A stretch of DNA of 41,955 nucleotides from positions 1-41,955 of the IMG/VR virus record IMGVR_UViG_3300016482_000022. The stretch is one strand, 5' to 3'. Shown piece after piece: positions 7,385 through 16,143 of this stretch (position 1 is the first letter of the stretch; the number at the start of each line of letters is the position of its first letter). The translations under genes and the position numbers were made by a program. This DNA is from a virus. Lineage: Duplodnaviria > Caudoviricetes. The notes below the pieces were generated by a model. The model ran no database searches, was not told the DNA's origin, and worked only from the letters and a program-made list of their open reading frames with translations.

Positions 7385-7746
7385 TCACTAGCGCACAGGC
7401 GACCCAGTACCTCGACCAGATGCTGGGCGTCGGTGCGCCTGGTTTTCTCATTGATGCCGCTATTGCCGATGTGGCGACGTATGAAGCGGCGCTGATCGCT
7501 GCCGGCTATTCGTCGTCTACCATCGTGCGCATCCAGTGCATGGCGACCGCCATCCTGGTAGCCGCAGGGAACCCGAAGCGCACCAGCTCGCAACATGCAT
7601 CGTCTGGTGCTGCGAGAAACTTCAAGTTCCACGACGGCGACCTGTCGGCGCTCAGGCGATCGCTGGCATCGTTGGATACGTCTGGCGTGGTTGCCGATCT
7701 TGTCGGCACTGATCCTGCTGCATCCGCTTTCATGATGGTGGTCTGA
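7381..7746 (+). CDS. Head-tail adaptor/connector protein
   Basis: Position and size (121 aa); helical N-terminus and SSQHASSGAARNF motif. Confidence 0.65.
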   Translation: MITSAQATQYLDQMLGVGAPGFLIDAAIADVATYEAALIAAGYSSSTIVRIQCMATAILVAAGNPKRTSSQHASSGAARNFKFHDGDLSALRRSLASLDTSGVVADLVGTDPAASAFMMVV

Positions 7747-7747
7747 C

Positions 7748-8113
7748 ATGGCAATGCCTCACAAATTCATGACCGCCAATGGCGGAGAGGTGCTGCCCGT
7801 CAACGGCGGGCCGTACTTCACCGAGGAAATGTCGGCAGATTGGACGCGTGGCGCGGTCTACGTCGAGTTCTTCTCTGATGCTGCTGGCCTGATTCCCGTC
7901 AGCCCGACTGCTGGCGATGTGATCGCCGAAGCCTCGCCGATGGGAAACCTGTTCATGGCTTCTGGCAACGTCTCCAAGATCCTGGCCGTCAACGCTGGCA
8001 GCCCGCCGATGTATGAGCCGCCGGTGTTTGATGGTTGCGCCGTCAAGGGCAAGCTGACGTTTTCCGGAATCACGGGTGCCGCGACCTGCCGCGCGATCTT
8101 CTGGAGGTCTTGA
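7748..8113 (+). CDS. Hypothetical virion-module protein
   Basis: Tightly packed ORF in the neck region. Confidence 0.6.
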   Translation: MAMPHKFMTANGGEVLPVNGGPYFTEEMSADWTRGAVYVEFFSDAAGLIPVSPTAGDVIAEASPMGNLFMASGNVSKILAVNAGSPPMYEPPVFDGCAVKGKLTFSGITGAATCRAIFWRS

Positions 8114-8116
8114 GCC

Positions 8117-8485
8117 ATGTACCCAAGTCAAGCGCAGCGCGCCGATGTTCAATCGTTCGCGCGGATCTACCCCGAGGGAATCTCCCTGGTGACGCCTGGC
8201 AGGCCGTCGCTCAAGTCCGTCTCGATCCAAAACAGAGACAACAAGATCATCTACTTCTGGCACGGTCGTATGCCGTCTGGTGTCACAGGCCAGGGCGCGT
8301 ACCTGCCGGTTGACCCGGCGCAATGGACCGCACAGGAAAAAGCAGACGCGGCTGCCATGATGCTGGTCTACGGCGAGGCCATTGCAGCCGGCCAGACGTA
8401 TGAGCCCCGCGTGGCGCAGACTTCGGCGCTCTATAGCTATGTGACGGTCGGAACTGCGGTGGCGCACGTCAAGGCGGGTAACTGA
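8117..8485 (+). CDS. Hypothetical virion-module protein
   Basis: Tightly packed ORF in the neck region. Confidence 0.6.
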   Translation: MYPSQAQRADVQSFARIYPEGISLVTPGRPSLKSVSIQNRDNKIIYFWHGRMPSGVTGQGAYLPVDPAQWTAQEKADAAAMMLVYGEAIAAGQTYEPRVAQTSALYSYVTVGTAVAHVKAGN

Positions 8486-8487
8486 TC

Positions 8488-8829
8488 ATGAGCGCATCAG
8501 CCAATTGGAGCTACACGTCAACGGCGACCCACTGGGCACAGGCTGGATTCGATGACTGGACCGGGGTAAAAACCTGGGCCGCTCCGGTCGCGTTCGCCTG
8601 CGACTACAAGGCCGAGGCGCGCACGATGACCGACACCAACGGGCAGGAATTTGTGTCGCGCCAGGTGCTCTACACCGAACGCAGCACGATCCAACCCGGC
8701 GACATGGTGCTCATTGGCACCCATGCCGGCGCTGATCCCGTCATTGCTGGCGCCGCCGAGGTCCGTTCTGTCACGCGATACGCTGACACGTTCGACCTTG
8801 TGGCCGACGATTACATGATCGCCACTTGA
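8488..8829 (+). CDS. Head closure / head-tail joining protein
   Basis: 113 aa; ANWSYT.TAT.W N-terminus; position in neck module. Confidence 0.65.
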   Translation: MSASANWSYTSTATHWAQAGFDDWTGVKTWAAPVAFACDYKAEARTMTDTNGQEFVSRQVLYTERSTIQPGDMVLIGTHAGADPVIAGAAEVRSVTRYADTFDLVADDYMIAT

Positions 8830-8830
8830 T

Positions 8831-9181
8831 ATGGCTACCCGGCGCATGACAAACCGCCTACCGCAGTTCCTCTCGGCGGTAAAGCAAAAGGCGGCGCGTG
8901 GCGTGACTCAAGCGCTTATCCTTGGCGCATCCGAAGCCAGCGTGATGACGCCGGTTGATACAAACACGCTGCTCAATAGCCAGTTCCGCAAGGTTGACAA
9001 GGATGGCTCTAAGATCGTCGGGACGGTAGGCTATACGGCGGAATATGCGGCTGATGTGCATGATCCAAACATCAAGCAACGATTCAGGCGCTCGACAGCC
9101 GAAAAAGAGTTCCTGAAAAAGGGATTCGAGGAAGCAGAGCCGAATATCAGGGCGGTGATTACTGGGGCGATCAAGACGTAA
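8831..9181 (+). CDS. HK97 gp10-like neck/tail completion protein
   Basis: TPVDTNTLLNS, VGYTAEYAADVH and EFLKKGFE motifs. Confidence 0.75.
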   Translation: MATRRMTNRLPQFLSAVKQKAARGVTQALILGASEASVMTPVDTNTLLNSQFRKVDKDGSKIVGTVGYTAEYAADVHDPNIKQRFRRSTAEKEFLKKGFEEAEPNIRAVITGAIKT

Positions 9182-9208
9182 AAAAGCCAGCGGGATGCTG
9201 GATTTTTT
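9180..9208. terminator. Bidirectional terminator between convergent genes
   Basis: A-run, CCAGC-GGGAT-GCTGG, T-run. Confidence 0.7.
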
Positions 9209-9921
9209 CAATTTGCAGGCTGAAGCGTTGCCGCATCCAGTAGACAGAACTCAGCCCCCTCGAATGCCCATGCGCCCGAGTCGATGTAGACCGTGTTGCC
9301 GAGTTGGTACGGAGCATTGCTCACGGGTGTGTGTCCCACGACAACGGCGCGCACCCCTGCAACTAGCTGCTCGTCACCGTTCTCGATGCGGGATCTGTCC
9401 CACAGGCACTGTTGGCGCAACGACTTGATGCCGGCCGGCGTCATGAGGCTGCTACCCATGGTCACGGCGCGCAGCTCATCCCAGCTATCGATCGGACATC
9501 CCGCGTGAATGACGCCGACCAGGCCGCCCTCGGTTTCGATCTCGATGGCCAGCGGCAGACAGGACAGGGCAAACGAGACCGTGGCACGCTCCTGCGGCGT
9601 GTTGGTAATGTTCCAAATGCCGCCGTTTTGCGCGTACAGCTCTCGGTCCATGCGGCAGTCGGTCTTTCCCCAGCGGATCGCCATGTCCTCGTGATTTCCC
9701 TGAACCGGGTGAAACCAGGACTTCATCATCCAATCGAGCACCAGGCTCGACTCAGGGCCGCGATCCACCAGGTCGCCGACCGAGAACAGGCGGTCCTTGG
9801 AAGGATCGAAACCGACCCGGCTCAGCGCCTGATGTAACTTCGTGAAATGCCCGTGTATATCGCCGACTATCAAGTCGCGGCCAACTTGGTTTTTCTCAAA
9901 CCTCAGGATGGTATTGTTCAT
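9208..9921 (-). CDS. Ser/Thr protein phosphatase (lambda NinI / PphA-like metallophosphoesterase)
   Basis: GDIHG, GDLVDRGP, GNHE and GHT motifs; start MNNTILR at 9921 with AAGGA RBS. Confidence 0.92.
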   Translation of the reverse strand: MNNTILRFEKNQVGRDLIVGDIHGHFTKLHQALSRVGFDPSKDRLFSVGDLVDRGPESSLVLDWMMKSWFHPVQGNHEDMAIRWGKTDCRMDRELYAQNGGIWNITNTPQERATVSFALSCLPLAIEIETEGGLVGVIHAGCPIDSWDELRAVTMGSSLMTPAGIKSLRQQCLWDRSRIENGDEQLVAGVRAVVVGHTPVSNAPYQLGNTVYIDSGAWAFEGAEFCLLDAATLQPAN

Positions 9922-10025
9922 GTGTATTCCTTGTGAATGTGGAAAAGTGAAATGAAGGAGCCGGGAAAGTAGTTTCACTGTCTACTGTTCGGGGATCAGC
10001 CTATCCCGGCAACGGCATCATACCA
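9922..10025 (-). promoter_or_regulatory. Extended -10 promoter plus structured leader RNA (family 1, copy b)
   Basis: Minus strand: TGGTATGAT, then GCCGGGA-TAGGCTGATCCCCGAAC-AGTAG-ACAGTGAAA-CTACT-T-TCCCGGC, then TTTCAC, TTCAC, AAGGA, ATG. Confidence 0.65.
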
Positions 10026-10030
10026 TGCAT

Positions 10031-10041
10031 CTCCCTAGCAT
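10031..10041 (+). promoter_or_regulatory. Putative late promoter motif CTCCCTANCAT
   Basis: CTCCCTAGCAT, 7 nt before ATG 10049. Confidence 0.7.
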
Positions 10042-10048
10042 AGCCACC

Positions 10049-10399
10049 ATGAGCATTGCAGCCGACGCCATCCGAAACCTCATCACCCCGCTGTTGTCGG
10101 GCTACCGCGTCCAGTTCGGGCGGTGGATCGACGGCGCACCCACTGACAGATTCGCCGTGATCCGTCCTGTTGGTGGTGTGCCTGCTTCACTGGTGCGCCG
10201 TCCTCAGTTCTCGCTGATGCTGATCGGTGCCGTTGGCGATTCGTCGTCTGTACCGGATGGCAAGGCGCACCAGATTATTGAAGCCATGCGCGCGAGCAGC
10301 GGCTCCATTGTCACCATGTCACCGGGCGAGCCGGTCTTCTTCAGTACGGATGATGGCCGCCCCGTCATCGAAATCGCAATCTCGACCATCACCATTTAA
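10049..10399 (+). CDS. Tail terminator/completion protein
   Basis: 116 aa directly before the major tail protein; C-terminal TDDGRPVIEI. Confidence 0.7.
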   Translation: MSIAADAIRNLITPLLSGYRVQFGRWIDGAPTDRFAVIRPVGGVPASLVRRPQFSLMLIGAVGDSSSVPDGKAHQIIEAMRASSGSIVTMSPGEPVFFSTDDGRPVIEIAISTITI

Positions 10400-10410
10400 G
10401 GAGCCATCCC

Positions 10411-10869
10411 ATGAGCGCATATGACGGAAAGAATGCCATTGTCTCGTTTTCCATTCAACCCGAAACCGCAACGCCCGGCACCCTCGTGTGGGCCACGTTG
10501 GGCATGATGCGAACCAAGAGCCTGGGCGGCACCTGGGAAACCGCCAGCTCGACCGCTGACAGCACCGCTGACAGCGCCAGCACCGTGATTGCCACGCGCC
10601 GCAGCTTCAGCTTCTCCGGCGACGGCGTGAGCTACGATGACGCGGCCTACAACCAGCGCACGCTGAAGAATCACTTCTTCAACCCTGGCACCGTCACGCA
10701 GAATCAGCCGAAAGCCTGGTTCAAGCTGGCCTACCCGAGCGGTGAAACCTTCATCGGCCCGTTCATGATCACCAGCTGGTCGGACGAGAGCCCGGAAGCC
10801 GACGTGCAAACGTGGTCGATTGAGGCCACCAGCAACGGCAACGTGGTCTATGACGACGGCGTGGCGTAA
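10411..10869 (+). CDS. Major tail tube protein
   Basis: Strong RBS (AAGGAG); LGMMRTKSL, FSFSGDG, GPFMITSW and WSIEATSNG motifs of siphovirus tube proteins. Confidence 0.85.
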   Translation: MSAYDGKNAIVSFSIQPETATPGTLVWATLGMMRTKSLGGTWETASSTADSTADSASTVIATRRSFSFSGDGVSYDDAAYNQRTLKNHFFNPGTVTQNQPKAWFKLAYPSGETFIGPFMITSWSDESPEADVQTWSIEATSNGNVVYDDGVA

Positions 10870-11421
10870 ATGCTGATCGAGTGCGGGTTTGTTCGAGCCG
10901 TAGTGCCTGATGGCAGTGAATACACGTTCACGCCATCACTGGCGCGCATTGCATCGCTTGGCGATCCGCACTCCATCGTCAGGCTGTACGCGGACTTGCA
11001 CGGTCCGCGCGCAGAAGCTGAAGCCGGCTATGTGCTGGCCTGTCTTTGCGATCAGGATGACCCGACGCCATTGATTGGCTGGATCGACAGCGACGGGTTG
11101 AGAAACCCTGGCACCATGCCAGCCGCCGAACAGGTGATTCTCGCGCGCCATCTGATGCACCACGGCATCATCGGCAAAGCCAAGCCGGAAAAAGGCAACG
11201 GACAGTATTCGGACCGTTTCGACGTTGCCGAGTACATCGCAGCGGCGCGGGTGCATCTGGGTCTGTCCAGCGCTGACGCTGAATCCTTGAGCATGACCGA
11301 GTTTCAGATGATGCTGGCGATGAAGTACCCCGAGTCGCAGGAAAAGCAAATCCCGAGTCGGGACGAATACCGCAAGGCCATGCAGGCGGCACAAATGAAG
11401 GAGCAGCGCAATGGCGTCTGA
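10870..11421 (+). CDS. Tail assembly chaperone
   Basis: Between tube and tape measure genes; FTPSLARIASLG and AARVHLGLS...LSMTEFQ motifs. Confidence 0.7.
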   Translation: MLIECGFVRAVVPDGSEYTFTPSLARIASLGDPHSIVRLYADLHGPRAEAEAGYVLACLCDQDDPTPLIGWIDSDGLRNPGTMPAAEQVILARHLMHHGIIGKAKPEKGNGQYSDRFDVAEYIAAARVHLGLSSADAESLSMTEFQMMLAMKYPESQEKQIPSRDEYRKAMQAAQMKEQRNGV

Positions 11422-13915
11422 ACTGGTAGGGTCAATTCATTACGAGGTTACGCTGGAAACCTCAAAGGCAATTGAACAGCAAAAGGAGCTTGCCCGCCAG
11501 CTTGGAGAAGTTCCGCCAGCACTGACTCAATCTGCTCAGGCGGCAAAGACCTATGCCACCGCCACCGAAGTGGCAGCAAAAGCATCACAGCAGGCGACAA
11601 GGGCAGCAAAGGAGTACGCAGCAGCAACTGATGGCGCTGCAATGTCTACTGGGCAACTTAGGCAAGCTACGCGCCAGCTTCCTGCGCAGTTCACTGATAT
11701 TGTCACCAGTATCCAAGCGGGGCAAGACCCGTTAACCGTCCTGATCCAGCAGGGCGGACAGCTCAAAGATCAGTTCGGCGGAGTTGGAGCGGCGGCCCGC
11801 GCAATGGGCGGTTATATCCTTGGCCTCGTCAACCCGTTTACGGTCGCCGCTGCAGCGGTGGCGACTTATGTGGTTGGTCTTGTAAAGGGCCAGCAGGAGT
11901 CGCAAAACCTCAATGCAGCCCTTATCATGACGGGGCAGCAGTCCGGCGTGACGACTGATCAGCTATCCACCATGGCGGCGTCCATGGATAACATGGCCGG
12001 CGTGACGCAGGCCAAGGCGACAGAGGCGCTGCTGACGTTTGTCAATGCCGGCGTCCGTGGTGAGGAAGCACTTGGAAAGTTTACCGCTGCTGCGATCCAG
12101 CTTGAAAAGGCTGGTGGTGCATCGGTCGAGGAAACGGCAAAGAAGTTCAAGGAGTTGGAGCGAGAGCCATACAAGGCTGCAATCAAGTTAGACGAGGCAA
12201 TCAACTTCCTCGACCAATCCACCAAGCAGCATATAAAGACGCTTGAGGATCAGGGCCGCATGACAGACGCGGCGCGCGTGGCTCAAGAGGCTTACGCAGA
12301 CGCCATTGCAAACCGTGTGCCGAAGATCACAGAGAATCTAGGCTACGTCGAGCGCGCATGGAATGGAATCAAGAACGCTGCCAAAGAGGCTGGAGACGCG
12401 ATCCTTAGCATTGGCAGATCACCGGCGCAGGGAGAACAGCTGGCAACGCTAAAGCGTGATCTTGAAAACCTCAATATCCAAGCGCCAAACGCCCCGGCAA
12501 ACTCGCTGATCGGCCGCCAAAAAGAACAGCTTAAGCTACAGATTCAAGGACTTGAGCAGCAGTTGAAATCAGGCGCAGACATTGCGGCTCAGCAAGCGGC
12601 AGAAGCAGCAAAAAAACGCGCACGCGACAAGGCAGACGCTGATGCGGCCAAGTACCTGACAGATCAGCAGAAGCTGCAGCTGCAGATCGCCAAGGAGTTG
12701 GGCACACTGCGCGAGGCTGGCGCAAGTCCTCAGGAGCTGAGGGCACGAGAAGCAGCGATTCGAGCAGACTTTGCCAAGAAGCAGCCTAATGGCGAGAAGC
12801 CTTACGACTCAGCTAGCTACATGGCTGGGTTGTCAGAGAAGGCGGCAAGCGAATGGGATCGAGTCGGCATCATTGAGGCCGAGGCGCTGCGCCAGCACAA
12901 GGAATTGCTGACCAAGGGCAAACTGACGCAGGCCGAGTACGAGGATGGCCGTTCGCTCATCATGCAGGCCGGCGCATTGTCGCGCCAGAAGATCCAGCAA
13001 AACGAGCTTGATAAGCTGGTGCAGGATATTCTGACTGGTGAGCGAATCAGTGACGAGGCGGCAGCACGTCGGCTTCAGAAGGCTGAGCAAGCAGCCAAAG
13101 CAGAACAGGCAGCACGCCAACTCATCGCCGACGCGGCAGGCGATCCAGTCGAGAAAATCCGACTTGAAGAAGAAGCCAAGCTCGCAGCCCAGCAGGCGGC
13201 ATATGATCAGCAGTTGATAGCCTTGGAGATGTTCGAGCAGGCCAAAGCCGCCATCAAGGCCAAGGCAGCAGCCGACGAGCAAGCGATTCAAGACGCGAAC
13301 AACGTCATGTCAGTGCAGCTCATGGGCAAGATGACTGATGATGTGCTGGGCATCTTACAGAAGTCAGGCAAGGAGCGCACAGCGCTTGGCAAGGCACTGT
13401 TTCTGGCATCCAGGGCGCTGGCCGTCGCTGAGATCATCATGAATACCGAGGTTGCAGCCACTAAGGCTGGCGCACAGCTTGGGGTGTTTGGCATACCGAT
13501 GGCTACACTGATAAGAGCCCAAGGCTACGCCAGCGCGGGTATGGTGGCAGGTATGGCAGTCGCTGATGTGGCTGGAGGACGCCAGTACGGCGGCCCAGTG
13601 AGCGCGGACAAGCTCTACCGGGTCAACGAGCGCGGCGCGCCTGAGATGTACACGGCCAGCAACGGTACGCAGTACATGCTGCCGACCGCTAACGGGCAAG
13701 TCACAGCGGCAAACAAGATCGAAGGCGGCGGCTCGGTGCAATGGAATATCGTTGTCAACAATACCGCATCCGGGACGATGGCTAGCGCCTCTGTTGATCA
13801 GCAGTCGCGCACCGTGCAGATCGCCGTGACCGAGGTGGCCCAGCAGATCAGCAACAATAGCGGGCCAGTGTGGTCGGCCATGCGGGGCTCGACGAATATT
13901 AGGTCGGCGCTGTGA
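11411..13915 (+). CDS. Tape measure protein (lambda H-like N-terminal domain)
   Basis: 834 aa, Ala/Gln-rich helical; QLPAQFTDIVTSIQAGQDPLTVLIQQGGQLKD; C-terminal GRQYGGPV...YRVNERGAPE. Confidence 0.93.
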   Translation: MASELVGSIHYEVTLETSKAIEQQKELARQLGEVPPALTQSAQAAKTYATATEVAAKASQQATRAAKEYAAATDGAAMSTGQLRQATRQLPAQFTDIVTSIQAGQDPLTVLIQQGGQLKDQFGGVGAAARAMGGYILGLVNPFTVAAAAVATYVVGLVKGQQESQNLNAALIMTGQQSGVTTDQLSTMAASMDNMAGVTQAKATEALLTFVNAGVRGEEALGKFTAAAIQLEKAGGASVEETAKKFKELEREPYKAAIKLDEAINFLDQSTKQHIKTLEDQGRMTDAARVAQEAYADAIANRVPKITENLGYVERAWNGIKNAAKEAGDAILSIGRSPAQGEQLATLKRDLENLNIQAPNAPANSLIGRQKEQLKLQIQGLEQQLKSGADIAAQQAAEAAKKRARDKADADAAKYLTDQQKLQLQIAKELGTLREAGASPQELRAREAAIRADFAKKQPNGEKPYDSASYMAGLSEKAASEWDRVGIIEAEALRQHKELLTKGKLTQAEYEDGRSLIMQAGALSRQKIQQNELDKLVQDILTGERISDEAAARRLQKAEQAAKAEQAARQLIADAAGDPVEKIRLEEEAKLAAQQAAYDQQLIALEMFEQAKAAIKAKAAADEQAIQDANNVMSVQLMGKMTDDVLGILQKSGKERTALGKALFLASRALAVAEIIMNTEVAATKAGAQLGVFGIPMATLIRAQGYASAGMVAGMAVADVAGGRQYGGPVSADKLYRVNERGAPEMYTASNGTQYMLPTANGQVTAANKIEGGGSVQWNIVVNNTASGTMASASVDQQSRTVQIAVTEVAQQISNNSGPVWSAMRGSTNIRSAL

Positions 13916-13917
13916 TG

Positions 13918-13948
13918 AAAAAGCCCGCGATGTGCGGGCTTTGTTTTT
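13918..13948. terminator. Bidirectional terminator
   Basis: AAAAAGCCCGC-GATGT-GCGGGCTTTGTTTTT between convergent genes. Confidence 0.75.
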
Positions 13949-13963
13949 GCTTGCTGGGCAGGA

Positions 13964-14290
13964 TTACTTCTCATCCATGCAGTTTGCCCAGCCGGCCATG
14001 TAGGCGTCTTGCGGCGTGGCAAAACGCTTGCCTTGCGGTGCCGAGGAGAAGATCACGACCATGGCGACGGCGTACTTTTTGGTTCGCTCATCGGTCGCGG
14101 CATCGTGCATGTTCGAATAGTCCGTGATCGTCTTGCCGTTGATCGTGCCATGCTCGTAGGACTCCTGATACAGACGGCCCATGAGCTGGCAGCGCGACTG
14201 CTTGGCGACCGCTTGCGAGTAGCTTTGCGCCATGGCCAGCGAGGATGTGAGCGCGACGGCTGCGGCGATGGTTTTGATGATGGTTTTCAT
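13964..14290 (-). CDS. Exported protein with Sec signal peptide (moron)
   Basis: MKTIIKTIAAAVALTSSLAMA|QSY signal peptide; two Cys in the mature part. Confidence 0.75.
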   Translation of the reverse strand: MKTIIKTIAAAVALTSSLAMAQSYSQAVAKQSRCQLMGRLYQESYEHGTINGKTITDYSNMHDAATDERTKKYAVAMVVIFSSAPQGKRFATPQDAYMAGWANCMDEK

Positions 14291-14295
14291 GGTTT

Positions 14296-14508
14296 TCAAT
14301 CAACACAATTACCGTTTTCGTCAACCTCGAAGTAACCCCAATGAGCTCGCCGGAAGGCAACATCGCGCATAGCTTCGTCACGCTCTTCATCGGTCATATC
14401 ATCCCACACAGCTTCTTCGATTCCAAGCTCCTCTAGGGAGGTCGTGGTTTCGTACTTGCTGTGGATGTTGGCTCCGCTGTCGTTAAAAACCTTGAATCTG
14501 CGACTCAT
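14296..14508 (-). CDS. 70-aa acidic hypothetical protein (moron)
   Basis: GGAG RBS, ATG 14508; EELGIEEAVWDDMTDEERDE motif. Confidence 0.75.
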   Translation of the reverse strand: MSRRFKVFNDSGANIHSKYETTTSLEELGIEEAVWDDMTDEERDEAMRDVAFRRAHWGYFEVDENGNCVD

Positions 14509-14660
14509 TTTGTATGCTCCAAAAGAAAAACCGCCGACTGCGCGCAGGTGCAAGCTGCGAACAATCGGCGGCAGGCCGTTGGGCTTTGATGTATGAACGT
14601 CTTGCACACGCAACATCGAAGCCTGAGCGCGAGTATACACGCACCACACCAGCCTTGCAA
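14509..14660 (-). promoter_or_regulatory. Sigma70 promoter plus two-hairpin kissing-loop leader (family 2, copy a)
   Basis: TTGCAA-17-TATACT on minus strand; hairpin loops GTGCAAG and CTTGCAC are complementary; hairpin 2 is followed by a U-tract and GGAG. Confidence 0.7.
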
Positions 14661-14682
14661 GGGTGTGAGTTCAATTCACACC

Positions 14683-14693
14683 CTCCCTAGCAT
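14683..14693 (+). promoter_or_regulatory. Putative late promoter motif CTCCCTANCAT
   Basis: CTCCCTAGCAT, 7 nt before ATG 14701. Confidence 0.7.
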
Positions 14694-14700
14694 ACCCACC

Positions 14701-15174
14701 ATGCCAGAAGCCTACCCACTCCACCTACGCACCATCCAGCGGGCGTCCAAGTCCCGCAGTCAGCCTGCATCGTTCAGGATGGCGGAACCCCGGCGCGGGT
14801 ACGGCTACGCTCAGGCAGTCGGCACCGACACGCCGGTTTTCTGGGATGTTCAATTCAGGTTCACCGGCCCCGAGGCGGCAGCGTTCCAACTCTGGTTTGT
14901 GCAGCGTATCAATCGCGGCTTGGACGAGTTCACGCTGCCCATTCGCACCGAATTCGGCCTAGTGACACACACCTGTCGATTCCTGCCCGACAGCCTGCTA
15001 GACGCCAGCGAGGATGGGCAAACGTGGGTCTACACGGCTCAGATCATGGCGCGCGCGCAGATCATCCCTGACGGCTACAGCGATGCAGGAGGCCTGATCA
15101 TTAATCTGCCTGACTGGCCGGTGTGGGCTGGGCTGCTGGATGAGACAGTGACGCAGGAGATGCCGACGCCATGA
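14701..15174 (+). CDS. Minor tail protein (distal tail / gpM-like)
   Basis: First structural gene after the tape measure; WDVQFRF, FQLWF and FTLPIRTEFG motifs. Confidence 0.7.
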   Translation: MPEAYPLHLRTIQRASKSRSQPASFRMAEPRRGYGYAQAVGTDTPVFWDVQFRFTGPEAAAFQLWFVQRINRGLDEFTLPIRTEFGLVTHTCRFLPDSLLDASEDGQTWVYTAQIMARAQIIPDGYSDAGGLIINLPDWPVWAGLLDETVTQEMPTP

Positions 15175-15653
15175 CGAAAGAAGAATTCTGGGCCACAAAG
15201 AGCCCGCTGGCCGAGTACCACGCGATAACCTTCTCGCACCCTAGCTTCGAGGCACCATTCCGTCTGGTGGCCAACCAATTCGCGCCCGTCACACTCGGCG
15301 GCCAGGTGCATCAGCCAGCACCAATGAGCATCAAGGCGCCAGACCAGAAGTCAGACACGCAGGCGCGGCTAACCATGTCATTCCCGCGCCAGGTTGTCGG
15401 GCGCGAGTTCAAGCGGCAGCTACGCCTGATCCAAGCCAGCGGATCGCGTGAGCCTATCGCTGTGACGTATGCCATCTATCTAGGTGACACGACAGCGCCT
15501 GAGATGACGTGGAGCCTCTACGCTGCCGAGGCTGGCGGGGTGCAGTTCTCGACGGATGCGGTGCAGGTGACGGCGACGGATAACAACCCGATGCGCAGGC
15601 AGGTTGGGGTGATTTATGACCCGGCCACATTCACGGGATTGGAGCTGATTTGA
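15171..15653 (+). CDS. Minor tail protein (DUF1833 / gpL position)
   Basis: ITFSHPSF...RLV N-terminus and YDPATFTGL C-terminus. Confidence 0.72.
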   Translation: MTKEEFWATKSPLAEYHAITFSHPSFEAPFRLVANQFAPVTLGGQVHQPAPMSIKAPDQKSDTQARLTMSFPRQVVGREFKRQLRLIQASGSREPIAVTYAIYLGDTTAPEMTWSLYAAEAGGVQFSTDAVQVTATDNNPMRRQVGVIYDPATFTGLELI

Positions 15654-15757
15654 TGACAATAACCGCAGTCATAATTTCAGCAGCCATCGCAGTTCTAGCT
15701 GTGGCTGGCGGGTCATTCGCTTGGTATTTGATACTGTCTAGCTTTACGTCATGCTGA
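15653..15757 (+). CDS. 34-aa hydrophobic peptide (not in ORF track)
   Basis: MTITAVIISAAIAVLAVAGGSFAWYLILSSFTSC; TGATG coupling to the upstream gene; fills the gap to the next gene. Confidence 0.5.
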   Translation: MTITAVIISAAIAVLAVAGGSFAWYLILSSFTSC

Positions 15758-16143
15758 CACAATCCGAATTCATCGCGCGCTCCATTGGCATTCCCTGGGT
15801 GCGCTGGCGCAGTGACTGGCAGGCTTGCGACTGCTACGGTTTGATCGTGCTGTACTTCCGAGAGGTACTTGGCCTTGACCTTGGCGGCGTCCCACAAACA
15901 GACATTGCAACCGGCTTTGATCACGCCGAAGGCTGGGCCGAGTGCCATCAGCAGGATGGCGCCATCGCATTCATGGCATGGCGACACGGATCGCCTACCC
16001 ACTGCGGAATCCTGGTAGCCGGCGGCATGGTGCTGCACTCCGAAGGCTCAGACGCCCATCCAGGCAACGTCCGCCTGTCCCGCCTAGCCGCCGTGCAACG
16101 CGTCTACGGTGACATCAAGTTTTACCGATACAACCCATGCTGA
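15751..16143 (+). CDS. NlpC/P60 tail tip assembly protein (gpK-like)
   Basis: IGIPW, DCYGL, HCGI and LHS motifs. Confidence 0.85.
   Translation: MLTQSEFIARSIGIPWVRWRSDWQACDCYGLIVLYFREVLGLDLGGVPQTDIATGFDHAEGWAECHQQDGAIAFMAWRHGSPTHCGILVAGGMVLHSEGSDAHPGNVRLSRLAAVQRVYGDIKFYRYNPC

Noticed and set aside
10870-11421. Programmed frameshift in the tail chaperone (lambda G/GT type)
   Set aside because: A single ORF spans the whole interval from tube to tape measure gene; I saw no second frame needing a shift.
14640-14651. 12-mer TGGTGTGGTGCG shared with 38220-38231
   Set aside because: It lies in a promoter spacer in one copy and inside a hairpin in the other, and is low-complexity; probably coincidence.
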